This document shows, one piece after another, positions 14,592 to 27,596 of a DNA stretch of 64,000 nucleotides. The DNA comes from Octopus vulgaris. Taxonomy: Eukaryota. The notes beneath the pieces were generated by a model. That model did no database searches and was not told where the DNA came from. It saw only the letters and a program-made list of their open reading frames with translations. Location: contig OX597822.1 in the NCBI GenBank assembly GCA_951406725.2, positions 53,506,001 through 53,570,000 of the forward strand, written 5' to 3'. The position numbers and the translations under genes were made by a program. How positions within the stretch are numbered: the stretch's first letter is position 1; every line of letters begins with the position of its first letter.

Positions 14592-14594
<3 letters not shown>
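12486..14594 (-). mobile_element. Penelope-like retroelement (RT plus GIY-YIG endonuclease), frameshifted and 5'-truncated
   Basis: RT motifs FYGLPKIHK, LRPIVAG, GIAMGTRAAP, WKRFLDDCF, LPFLDILI and SCHPRH. A Cys linker CGRSNCATC precedes the GIY-YIG-type IIYVIKCSGCHQDYVGSTG (ORFs 14159-14533, 13529-13777, 12737-13216). Flanked by (TA)n/(TG)n. Confidence 0.93.
12616..12654 (-). ncRNA. Degenerate minimal hammerhead-like motif in the Penelope 3' terminal region
   Basis: AAGAAA-UUUGAAAA-GC-UAAAC-GC-CAAA-CCGG-UC-UUUCUU: 6-bp helix I, palindromic CCGG helix III and a GUC triplet, but a non-canonical core. Confidence 0.45.
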
Positions 14595-14670
<76 letters not shown>

Positions 14671-14884
14671 AATGTATGTCCCTGCAGGACAAAATGCAAA
14701 AGCTGTCGAAGGGTGGATGAACTTAGCAGAGTCCACCTGGAATTGCGAGACCGCTAGTTTTTGTTTAGGTATCTCTTTAAAAAGAAAACTTCGTATACAT
14801 CTAATAATATAGACTAGTTCTTTCGGGGGAAATGCCCCTTATTTCTAAAGATTCTCAGACACAAGCATGTCTTGATGTTTTCAG

Positions 14885-15232
14885 GCGTTCGGTACCACTG
14901 TGTGGCACCTTGGGCAAGTATCTTCTGCTATAGCGTCGGGCCGACCAAAGACTTGTGAGTGGATTTGGTAGGGGAGAAACTGAAGGAAGCCCGTCGTGTG
15001 AGTGTATGTGTGTGTGTGTGTGTGTGTTTGTACCCCACCACCGTTTGACAACCAATGATTGTGTTTTTACGTCCACGTAATGTAGCAATTCGGTAGAAAG
15101 AGATCGATAGAATAAGTACCAGGCTTTAAAAGCAAATAAGTACTGGGGTCGATTCTTTCGACTAAAGAAATCCTTAAAAACGGTGCCCCAGCAAGACCAT
15201 GGTCTAATGACAAACAAGTAAAAGATAAAAGA
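14885..15232 (+). mobile_element. tRNA-derived SINE (family B), 5'-truncated
   Basis: Contains ccactgtgtggcaccttgggcaagtatcttctgctatagc...gatttggtag...(TG)n...aagtactggggtcgatt...acaagtaaaagataaaaga. Homologous to 38752-39200. Confidence 0.85.
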
Positions 15233-17994
15233 ATTCTATTAACATCTCTCCATTATGAGTTACATGCTATGGCTGGCTGTTGCCGAAGAAGGTAGATCAT
15301 TCAATGAAAAATTCCATGACGAAATGAAGGCATATGTCAGTCCGAGTGATAAGCTCCCTGAACCGATGCTGCAGACAGCCCTTATCGTCGCCAGATATGT
15401 ACAAAGGAGTGTCGGCCCCTAACAAAACGGAAAAGCCACATCTGTGCTACTAATGTTTTAAGAGAACAATCATCTAGCGATAGTTTTCTTCGAAATCGAG
15501 TTGCATTCATCAGTATTAAGTACTTGATACCTGAAGACATCATCATCAGGTTGATTACGGCTTGAATGTTTTTGTTTATAGACCTCCTCATTTAGTTCTG
15601 ACCTGGGGTCAAGATACAACAACAACACTAGTAACAAAATAACAGCCCACAACTTACATTGTTTATATCTAAACTCAATGCAGTGAGCTGGGCTTCAAAC
15701 AATCCAGTCAAGGGAATCTCTTAGTGTTTTTTCTATGAAATGTCTATGTGAAATATACAATTTGGAATAGAGAAAATCGTCCTTACGAATGCTAAATTAT
15801 GCACTACAGATTTATGTTCCAATCACATCGAGGATCGTCTTTAGATCCTGTCTTGAAACTGTCTCATTTAAGTTGATGTAATATTCGGGAAAATATCATA
15901 ATGGCTATCACAAGCTTCAACTTTCCTTTTCCATATTGATGTTTGCTAGAAGTCTATGTAAAAATCCTTATAGAAAATAAGATGTATTCCAATATAAGGT
16001 AGTATGTTGGCAGAGCTGTTAGCGTGTCAGATAGATTGTTTTGCGCTAATCGTTCCGAATTCAAATCTCGTCAAAATGAAGTTTGCTTTTATTCATTCCG
16101 AAGATGGTGACTAAAGTACAAATTCTGAACTAAGATTGGTTCGTTTCTTTCTTTCTCCTTGTCTATCTATTTTTTTTTTCTTTTACTGCAAGAAATTGGC
16201 TTTGACCAAATCTAAAGAAGGGTGAACTTCGCTAGACCTAAAAATATCCAAAACGCACCTTATTTCAGGATAGTGCCCTTCCCACCTAATCAAGGAGTCG
16301 AGAGCCCATAGCAAAGCATGTACTCCAATATATCGCACAGATACAAACGTATACAAATGAGTTTAATACTCAGCTTATACTAAAAAAAACTATGATTGTT
16401 GAGAAACTACACCCTAGAACCTTGTCTGAGTAAAAAGTATTATTGAGAATATGTCGAAAAGTATGTAAACACTCTCATTATTTTGGGGTGACGCAAACAT
16501 GGCTAATTATATAAATAGTTGAATTTAATAGAGTAATAGTATTTACTGTATAAAACTTGAATATATGAAAGGCAGAGTCCATAACAACGTTGTTTGAAAT
16601 CATAAACGTGAATTTCTGAACTAATCACTGCTAAGTAAATGTGTGTGTGTGTGTGTGTGTGCGTGCGTGTGTGTGTGTGTGTGCGTGTGTGTACAGAGAG
16701 ATAGAGGTTATTGGATTGGTAGATAAGTATATATATATATATATATATATATATAATCAGCATAATAAGGAGTTTGCCAGTTCCAATGCCTTAACCTTAG
16801 CACTGCCCTCAGAGCTTCCATTTTGTTTTAGAATTTTAAGTAGAGGTAAACTTTACCTTCAAAGAAATCTGACAAATCGTTCGTCTTTGACATATTTCTC
16901 CCAAGAAAAATCTGTTTCTTCATAAATTATTCTATTATTCAAAAGTTATGTCTTTCAGACTTACTATCGTAGTAAGTAATCTTTCATCTGAATCTTCATT
17001 TATCAATATATATGCTGCTCCGTACTAAATATTGTCTTTGGGATAAAGAAATTAGTCTTATTGATCTTAAAATAGCCGAACAGTAATTTAATTTTAAATC
17101 CTCAACAGGATAAAAATGTATATAAAATAGAATACATTTATGAGAATCGGGTTTCTAACAGCAGTGTCTTTGACTCAAGAGTATATCGCATCTAATAGAT
17201 CTTCATGAAACTCTTCAATTCTGTCCGACTACGTCTATAAATTCTAATTTTAAATTGAAGAGAGTTGGGGATGGTGACGATCGAAAGGACTTTTTACTGA
17301 CTACGTCAAATACAGCTGGGCTTAAGTGTATGTATAAACAGAATATCTTGAGAAACTTTTAAGGTAATGGATTACATTACTTTGTCCAGCGCTTCCCACA
17401 CGGGAATGAGTGACTTTCGGTAATTGCAAGCCAATGATGAAGGTTCTATATGGCTGTTTGGTTTGCTAGGAATATCAGCTAAATCGCCCTCAAATCACAC
17501 CTAGCATCTTAAATAAAATGAAAATAATACATTGTCCAAAATTGTGGCAGTCATGTACATTTACACAAAAAGGTAGGCAAATCAAGGAGGAAACGTCTTT
17601 CATCATAGTTCTGAACTGGGACTGAAAAACAACACCGTTCCACCAACCACTATGACTGAATTCGTCTTTGATCTTTCTGGAATTGAAAAAACAAAAGCAC
17701 CAGTCCCATCCTAGCGTTTATTTAACACACTGATCCACCTCAACCCAAATTTAAGCACTTTTCCCTACAAACAAATCATTGTTTCCAGATCTTTACATTC
17801 TGAGTTTAAAATCTGTCACAGTTAACTTTGCCTTTTATCCATCCAGAGCGATAAAACAAAGTACCTATCAAGCACTGGAATCGAAGATACTGACTTATAC
17901 CCAGTCTCTAAAAATTGCTGGCTTTGTGCCTACGTGAGAAGCAAGTTATTATTTTGTTCCGACTCTTTACATCTTAACATCGGCTGTTAACTTT

Positions 17995-20790
17995 GCTTTG
18001 ATAATTAATATACTTTTGGTTGTTCTTCACAGATACATTCATATCAATGAAGACATTCATATGATAGAAGAAGCAAATTTTTCACCTGAAATCCTTTAAT
18101 ATGGCCTTTTTGATTCTAGCTTTCTGCTAGTTTGAACGAAAAGTTCCATAGAACTGGGATGTGATCTTTTTCAAGCATTTAAGTTGAATTGTATTCCCAC
18201 CATTTTCAATGATGGGGCAGATCTACATCCTTGTAAATTACCAAGTGGGTGTGTTGTGTGGCTTTATCATACCTACTGATTTGGAAGATTGCCACAACCA
18301 GCAGAAGAACTTATCAATAGCTTTGTTAGACTATGGAAAAGTTTTCGATAGTCTACCACATAGCTGGATCAAGAAATGCCTGATAAAATAACATATCACC
18401 TAGTTAAAGAAACTTTCTGTCTATTAGTGCGAAATCACTGAATGCAACACTGATTTTGAACAATGAGAAGAAATTTCTGAATGTGAGGGAGCAAGAAGGT
18501 TATACATGGAGACACTGTAGCCAATGGTTTCAGACTGTTTGTTTTTACACTTTATATGTTGGGGTACTTCCATTCTTTAAAATGTTGGCCTGATAGCTTC
18601 GTGTAGGTAGGCATTGATCCTGAGCTGCTATGATTAACCATCCTATCTCTGATTTTAAACCAGAGGACGCTAACCACAGATGGGTAAGATATTTGTATTT
18701 GTCAACATCAGCATTGATAGCTCTCTCTCTCTCTTATTATTTATCATGAAGTGGTTCTTTCTTGCCATTTACCAGTAAGATTACTTAAGACTGCGTTTTT
18801 TAGTAAGGGTTTTCATGTATTTAGCTTTTACACTGCTTCTTCTGGGACTTTTTATGTTTGAAATTATCTTAAATATTTTCTTGGTTCTTTTATTATTGAA
18901 AATAATTATTTATTGATTTCGTACTTTAAAGCAATTTTTAGCATCCAACGCTCGGAATTTTTCAGAAGAGAGTTTGGGCTAATCGTGGCAATTTTCATTG
19001 AAAATTTAAGACGTAGGAGTCCATGGCTTCATTTTCTTCTTGGTAAGTAGAATCGTTCTGTGCCTGTTTTAGGGTAGCGCATTCTATTCATTGTAAAACT
19101 TTTCCGAATTTTTGAATCAGATTTACAGATTTCAGCACTTGACCAGTTAATTATGAAGAAATTATAAGTTACGAACGGTGCCGCTGAAGTATTGTTTTAT
19201 TCTGTTCCTTGCGTTTAGCTTTATCTTGAGTATTGCCTTTACCCTTCGCTTTCATTCTTTTCTTATCTTTTCCCTCATTGTTGAGTGTTTGGGTCTATCG
19301 TTTTCATATCTTTGTATGTATAACCTTCCTCTGGTTGTAACGCCTTTATAGCAATTTGATGACCATGTTCAACGGTGAATGACTTTGACAGTTTCCGTCT
19401 GATGAAGGTAGCTTTTGTGCATTTATTAAGGTCAAATTGCAACCTAGTGTCATCACTAAACTGTTTTACAATTGATTGTAGGCCTCGTAGTCGCTGATCA
19501 TTTTTTGCGAAGAGCTTTCAATCATCCATGAAAAAAGATGACCTGTGGTTTTCTCATAAATTTTATAGCCATACTGTGTTTCATAGATTAATCTGGCAAG
19601 ATAAAAGAAGAGTGATGATACAGAATCACCCTGAAAAATACCACACGAGATTTCAACATCCCTCACATTCAGAAATTTCTTCTCATTGTTCAAAATCAGT
19701 GTTGTATTCAGTGATTTCGCACTAATAGACGGAAAGTTTCTTCAGGTGATATGTTATGTTATCAGGTATTTCTTCATCCAGCTATGTGGTAGACTGTCGA
19801 AAACTTTTCCATAGTCTACCAAAGCTATTGATAAGTTTTCCCGCTGGTTGTGGCAATCTTCCAAATCACCTTATTGCTGAGAAGCTGATTTTTACAGCCA
19901 TAAGACTCATGTTTACAGCTTTTTTTGCTCATTGGGAAAGGTGCCATTTTCTATAAAGAAGTTGGACCCGTATTCAGTCAAAGTAGATGCTGATACACAT
20001 AGTTATGGGGGTGAGTAGTCTAGTCAGTAGTCCATAGCTTTCTGAGAAGACATTCAACCAAAAATTAGGAGATTTCCATTTACTTAATTTTTCAGAGAGC
20101 AGATCTTACATCCTGACTCAACCCCCTTTTGCTCTTCTAAATGGACTGAGTCAGTATAATCAGTCAATCCTAGGAGCATTTTTACTGTTTTCCTTTTTTT
20201 CTTCACAGATTCTACACCCAAATTCCTGTACTCCTCATTTCTGGGTTGTTTTAGAATATGTCCTTGAAGAGCCTAAAGCACTTTTCATATCGTGATATGC
20301 GGACACATTTAGAAGAAACCTTTCGCTTGATAGTTTCTATAGTTGTGTCAATGCCAAACCAGATTTTATATTATATTTTCTCGTCAATTTTCCTATTTTA
20401 AATGGTTTAATATTCTTCTCATTTGAAGTTTTTTTAAACATCCTATGCCAGGTCTAATTTAATTTGTTGATGAATTCGCTGTTGCCAAGCAGTCTATCTG
20501 TGGAGATACTTTCGTTTGTTTGTTTACTTGTTTGTTTTTCATCACATAGGTTCATTAAAATCTTAGCAAAAGCATAGTAAAGGTGGTTGAGTTTTGTAAT
20601 ATCGATATCCTTAGTTGCAATTATGCCTTTAAGAACAGTGCGAACCTTATCAATTGCTTTCAGGCTTTGCTTAGAATTGTGAATTGTTTTAGAGAGTGAT
20701 ACGTTTATCCACACCGGTTCCCTTAATTTTCAGCCATTCAATTATGATTTGATCCTTCAGCTCATTCAATTCAGTTGGGTCAATTTCTAC
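17995..20790 (-). mobile_element. Decayed near-full-length R4/Dong-type non-LTR retrotransposon
   Basis: Minus-strand remnants include RT GIFQGDSVSSLFFYLA (19466-19693), WLASSGLKSE..IIAAQDQCLPTRSYQANILKN (~18570-18690) and REL-domain remnants at ~18000-18270. Many stops and frameshifts. Confidence 0.8.
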
Positions 20791-20807
20791 TTAACATTCA
20801 TTATTAT

Positions 20808-21017
20808 TAAGGCGGTGAGCTGGGGCAATTGTTAGCACGCTAGACCAAATACTTAGCGGTATTTCACCCGTCGCTACGATCTGGGTTCAAATTCCACCGT
20901 GGTCGACCTTACCTTTCATCCTTCCGGAGTCGATGAATTAAATACCAGTTGCGTACATGGGTCGATCTAATGGACTAGTCCCCTCCCCGAAATTTCGGGC
21001 CTTGTACCTATAGTAGA

Positions 21018-21020
<3 letters not shown>
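20808..21020 (+). mobile_element. SINE family A with (TTA)n tail
   Basis: Complete unit aaggcggtgagctgg...gggttcaaattcc...cctttcatccttccggagtcgat...ggccttgtacctatagtagaaag followed by (TTA)n. Confidence 0.85.
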
Positions 21021-21108
<88 letters not shown>

Positions 21109-21111
<3 letters not shown>

Positions 21112-21629
21112 TAGTTTCATTTTTATAGCGTGTTTTCACTTCACTACCGAGCGCAGCTCTGTGTGCCTTGGATATGTGCTGTGATTTGTTGTGATGTTCT
21201 GATGGTTATTGTATGGAAAGTGTTCTGCGTAGGATGTGTGCAGTGCCTAATAGTGCAATTTTCTGTATGTTATATGTGTTTGTAAGTCTTGGTGTTTTTG
21301 TTATGTATTTGTCTGAATATTTTTTTATCATGCCTAATGCACCTACTATGATAGGAATTGTTTCTGTTTTTAGATTCCACATTCTGGTTACCTCTATTTC
21401 CAGGTCTTTGTATTTTGAAAGTTTCTCCATTTCTTTTAGAGACACGTTGTCATCTGCCGGTATTGATACATCAATTAGAAAGCATTTTTTTCTTCATGAT
21501 CTCTGACATCTATATCTGGTCTGTTGGCCTTAATTTCTCTATCTGTGTGTATCGGCATATCCCAGAGTATGGTTGCTTTCTCGTTTTCTGTGACCTTTTC
21601 TGGTGTGTGCCTATACCATCTTTTTTCTG

Positions 21630-21631
<2 letters not shown>
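21109..21631 (-). mobile_element. 5'-truncated R4/Dong-type element (REL endonuclease) in (TTA)n
   Basis: Encodes WYRHTPEKVTENEKATILWDMPIHTDREIKANRPDI and KLSKYKDLEIEVTRMWNLKTETIPIIVGALG...LLGTAHILRR, with (TTA)n on both sides. Confidence 0.9.
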
Positions 21632-21711
<80 letters not shown>

Positions 21712-21714
<3 letters not shown>

Positions 21715-21906
21715 GCCGGCGAGCTTAGCAGAATCGTTAGCACGCTGGACGAAATGCTTTGCGATATTTCGCCCGTCGCTACGCTTTGAGTTCAAATTCC
21801 ACAGAGGTCGACTTTGCCTTATATCCTTTCGTAGTGGATAAATTAAGTACCAATGTAATCGACTACCACCTTCCCACAAATTTTAGGTCTTGTGCCTATA
21901 ATAGAA

Positions 21907-21908
<2 letters not shown>
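21712..21908 (+). mobile_element. SINE family A between (TTA)n tracts
   Basis: Same head and central domain as 20808-21020. Confidence 0.85.
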
Positions 21909-21980
<72 letters not shown>

Positions 21981-21989
21981 TACTACTAC

Positions 21990-22451
<462 letters not shown>

Positions 22452-22499
22452 CATTATTATTATTATTATTATCATTATTATTATTGCTGTTGTTGTTGT

Positions 22500-23028
22500 T
22501 AGTTACTTTTAATTTGCATGTTTATTACAATCACTTGCTGAGACGCACCAAGCGCCCTAGGACGAGTGAAGAATAAGAGATGTTACACTATGACAAATCT
22601 TGGGGAAGGAAAGTGGAAGTAGAAGGGGTAGTAGCGCAATATCTTCATGTAATACAATACAAACCTTTGAATTGACAGGGTATTTCCAAGGACGTGGGCG
22701 GTACTTGCCAGCACAATCTTTTGGATTTCTCTGAGACATGGTTCTCCTGGGATGTTGTCTAGTTGTTTCTGACACCCTTTTTTTTATCATACCTAGGAAT
22801 AGTTCTTGCTTTAAGATGCCACATTGTATTTCAATTTCCAGGTCCTTATATTTACTTAATTTGTCAAATTCCTTTACAGATATACTTTTATCAGTGGAAA
22901 CATTTACATCTATTAGTCTACAAGTATTTTCTTCCCTCTCTTTAATAATTATATCTGGTCGATTAGTCTGTTTCGTTATGACAGTGTTGACTGGAAAACC
23001 CCAGAAGATAGAGACATTTTTACCTTGA
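22500..23028 (-). mobile_element. R4/Dong-type REL-domain fragment
   Basis: Encodes NRPDIIIKEREENTCRLIDVNVSTDKSISVKEFDKLSKYKDLEIEI...IQKIVLASTAHVL. Its 3' end abuts (TTA)n/(TTG)n. Confidence 0.8.
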
Positions 23029-23222
23029 AAAACTATCGAAATGGAAGGACCTGGAGATTGAGATATCTAAGACGTGGCAATTAAACCATCCCCGTTGTTA
23101 TGGATGCCTTGAAAATGATCCAGAAAGATATCGACTAGTACTTTTGATCAGATTCTTGGGAAAGCGACAATCTATGATGTTCAAAGTTTGGTGCTGATAT
23201 CAGCCTCTCACTTCTCGGGAAG
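23029..23222 (+). mobile_element. Inverted R4/Dong REL fragment, homologous to 24305-24505
   Basis: Encodes KLSKWKDLEIEISKTWQL..IPVV on the plus strand and is the reverse-complement match of 24305-24505. Confidence 0.7.
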
Positions 23223-23407
23223 AATCGTTATCGGGGTCGATAAATTAAGTACCAGTGAAACACTGGAGTCTATGTAATCGACTAGCCTCCTCCTCTTCAA
23301 ATGTCAAGCCTTGTGAATTTTTGTTGTTGTTGTTGTTGTCGTTGTCTTTGTTTTTGTTGTCGTCGTCGTCTTCGTCGTCGTCGTCGTTATTATTATTATT
23401 TCGTTGG

Positions 23408-23479
<72 letters not shown>

Positions 23480-24123
23480 TTCATTTGTTTCCATAGATAA
23501 TAATTAATTTTCCTATGTCTCCTTTTTAATGTAAAGCCGGTATGGTGTGATTTGAGAGACATTTGGCCGTTATTTTCTGCAAGTTAAGCAACAGCTGAAT
23601 TATTTGCCAAGCCCTGGCATATCTGATAGTAAAAATAGTGCTTTGTCATAAAGAGAAACATTAGCCATAACTACAATACGGTCTGTCCAAACATTTATAT
23701 ATAGAGATTTCAGGAATAGCTAAAACATTTAAAAACAAATTTATAAAATTCTATGACATTCTATAAAATTCTACAAAATTTGCGTAAACAAAACAAATTA
23801 TTTTTTTAATAGCTTTTTAAATTGGAAAGAATGTTTTTCTATACCCATCATTAAATATATTTTGGTCGGTAATACCTCAGCAAATTATACTTATTTTAAT
23901 GGGAATAAATATATTGCCACCAAGTACGAAACGATTCGCAGAAAACTACCATAGTACGCTATGGAGAGCATCAGAGTAAACATTTCTAGCTCACTCCTGA
24001 GTTTCCTTATATCCGTATTGTTCTTGTTTCTCTTTTGACCGATGTAAATCCCATCTTTTGTGTACTGTATTTCTTCCTTTGATACTGTCTTCAATGCCTT
24101 GGGCCCCGGTGGTCAATAAATGG

Positions 24124-24198
<75 letters not shown>

Positions 24199-24209
24199 CA
24201 TCATTATTA

Positions 24210-27200
24210 GTGGAGTTTTTTGCGTTTAATGTCCATTTTATTCATTTTCGACTTGGGTTTCAACGAAAGACCTAAGGCATATATATATATTAGATTGAGA
24301 GAAACTTCCTGAGAAGTGAGCGATTGATGTTAGCACGACTTTTTGAACATCGTAGATTGTTGATTTTCCCTAGAATTTGGTCAAAAAAACTAGTCGGCAC
24401 CTTTCTGGATCCTTCTTAGGATACTCACAACAACGGGGATGGTTTTGGTCTTAATTGCTACGTCCTAGATATCTCAATATCCAGGGCCTTGTATTTCGAT
24501 AGTTGTACAAGTTATTTTGCTGAGATGTTTCTATCAATAAGCACCGTCTTATCCATTGACAGACATGGTTTTTGCCTTATGATTTTGATGATGATGTCTG
24601 GCCTGTCTGTATGTATCCCATAACCCCATGGCATGGTAATATTCTCGCCCTCAGTGACTGGCTGTGAGTCATGTTCATACCAGTTCTTAGGGTGCAGAAT
24701 ATCATAGTGACGGCATATGCCCCAGTGCAAATATTGGCCAACCCACTCATGCCTGATTTTATATTACGAGCAAGGACTGAGCAACTGACGACAATGTGGT
24801 CAATGCTCTCAAGTTTGTCATCGCAGAGTCTACACTTTGTGTCTGCCCTACTGTGCGTGACATTAGCTAGATAGTTCCGAGCGAAGAAGCTCTGATTTTA
24901 CGCTGCTAGAATAAATCCTTGTTTCGGCTTTCAAACCAGTGCTCTGCTACCACTGATTAGTTCTTCTCGTATCTACATCAGCTTCCCAGCTCATTTGGGT
25001 TATTTTCCATGCGATGGTTTTCCTTGTTCATATAGAACAAGGAGATGATCTTATCAAACATTATGAATCTGTAATTTATTCTATTCATCTCGTGAGACAA
25101 GGGAATGATGAAAAGCCAGGAGAAAAGAGTCAATCGTCCTAGAATATTCCAGAATCTATTTTGATATTCTCTAACACATTCTCGCTTTTCTCGTGGTTGA
25201 GAAAAAAATTCAAACTTTCCTTTTGTTTTACACCTTTTTTGCTGCCTTAGTGGGTAGTGTGCCCGCATTGTCATCATCATGATTATGGGAGTTAAGCTCA
25301 TGTCTGTATTTATATGCCAGCTTTGAGATTGAGTGCAGTTTCTTACCCTGTTCGTGTTGTCTTACCAGATGTACTATGCAGTCGGTGTTACTTTGAATGT
25401 ACATTTGGTGTCACATTGTGGTCGTTTACAGGATGTTTTAAGTTCGATTAGGCCTCTATCACCTTAATTTCGTGGCATATAGAACCTGTGGGCGTCTGAT
25501 TTTGAGTGATGTATCCTGTTTAAAGTCAGACGTTTTCTGGCCTTTATGTCCATACGTTGGAGCTCACTCAAATTCTGTTTGATGATATTAAGTCTATACT
25601 GGACAACTCGTCGCGCCAATGAGTTTCTAGATGCATTACAGGTCCGCATTTAGGACCATTCTAACACGTTTATAATATTCTTTCTTTTTTTTCACTGACT
25701 CGTGTTGAATCCTTTTTCCTTCGTTTACCACAAGGTACTTATAAAAACATTCTTGATCAAGATCCTTGATAGTTGTATCATTATCAAGATGGGTCGATTT
25801 ATTGGCTGTCAATATACCACGTTTGAATGTAGCCTCTGCACACTTATCTAGGTCATATTCCATATTGATATCATCACTGAGTTTTTTGCACAGTTACCAG
25901 TAGCCCTTTCAGATCTTTGTCATCATTTGCATATAATTTCAAATCATTCATATAGAACAAAGAGATGATCTTATCAAACATTTTGAACCTGCAATTTATT
26001 CTATTCATCACGTGAGACAAAAGAACGGAGAAAAGGCAGGGGAGAAGCGTCAATCGCCCTGGAATATTCCAGAATCTATTTTGATATTCTCTTACACATT
26101 CTCGCCTTTCTCGTGGCTGTGAAAAAAATTCGTGTTCCACAGTCTCATACTATGTTGCAGAAAACCTTTTACGAAAAGAGAGATCTTGTATATATTTAGT
26201 TCATTTAAGATCCAGCTGTGTGGAACACTGTCAAACGCCTTACGATAGTCAATCCATGCTGTGCCAAGATTTCATTTTCTCAATGAACAACTTTCGAGTA
26301 TCATACGGTTTATTAATAGTGGATTTTGCGGCCATTCGAGTTTCTTTTGCACCCTTTTTGTTCAAGAGGAAGGTTGTTGTTTTAATCCAGAAATTGGTAC
26401 ATCCTTTTGGCGAGGATGGATGTAAGTATTTTATACATAGTTGTCAAAAAAGTGATCGGCTTATAGGTTTTTTTCGGTTTTTTACGTCACTCGTTTTAGG
26501 GATTAGGTATGTTATTCCTAATGTGAACACGTTTGGAGTCTTTTCGGAGTCTATGATGATATCAGAGAAACATTCCATTAGCTGGCGATGTGATGGTGAG
26601 AGGCAATCAAGCCAGAATTTTTGGATTTTATCATGTCCAAAAGACTTCCACTTATGAGCTTTAAATAATGCTTGAGACAGTTCCTGCATTGTAATATCCT
26701 CCCATCCCTATTCAATCTCAACCTTTCTTTCTTCTTTCCTATAGAATTCCTTAACATCAGTCTTAAATATCTTATTTTGTATGAAAAATGTGTGTCTCTT
26801 TTCATGACTACGTACGCGTAGGGCCTTAACCTAAACCTTTTGCTTAAACATCTCTTTTGCTCTCCAGACTTCATTCTCTTTATACTTTCTCTTCATCTTT
26901 CTAGACATTCTCGTCTTTACATTATTTACTTTGGAATGTTCATCTAAGATCGAAATTCCTGTCGGAAGCTCTTAATCTTTTTACGCACTCTTCCCATCTT
27001 GGTTGCTCGTGTGCTTTTTTGTGATCCTTTTTTCTTTATTTTGTTGAGTGTATAAAATGTTGTAATAAAGTTAAATGTCTTAGTTTCAAGAAACTCTTTC
27101 AGGGCATAGTTGTATGCTTCCCGTCCTAAATTCAACCACCCACTTTTGCACTGTTGATAAAGCTGGAGCTTTCTCCACTAATGTGTTAACCATGTCAATA

Positions 27201-27440
27201 TGAATGTCCTTGGGTCTAAGCCCTTTTCTGCAGGTACTTAATAGTGGCACGATACCAAATTTTGTCCATTTTCAAGAGAAGTCACTACAAATTATCAGGT
27301 CATCCCATAAGTTCTGTCCGAATTTTGAATAAAGAAAACAAGTAATCAGATGTTCTATTTAATTGAAATTTAATCATCAATGTACTTTCCCTGGTTATCT
27401 ATGACTTCCTTCCATCTCTTTACAAGCTTTTTAATTTCAT
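24210..27440 (-). mobile_element. Decayed near-full-length R4/Dong-type non-LTR retrotransposon
   Basis: Contains KAHKWKSFGHDKIQKFWL, YMNDLKLYA, LDKCA, YKYLVV and HWGICRHY...WYEH...HTDRPDIII. The 3' end runs into (TTA)n at 24127-24208. Confidence 0.85.
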
Positions 27441-27596
27441 CATATAAAACTCCTTTGGTTTCAATGTGAAGAACTCTGAAATGTCAGTTTCCACCTCCTC
27501 CTGGCTTGCGAAAGTTATGTCCCCCCCAAATGATTCTGTTAACTACGAAACAAATAGTAGTCTGAAGGAGCAAGTTCGGGAGAATAAGGTGAAAGG

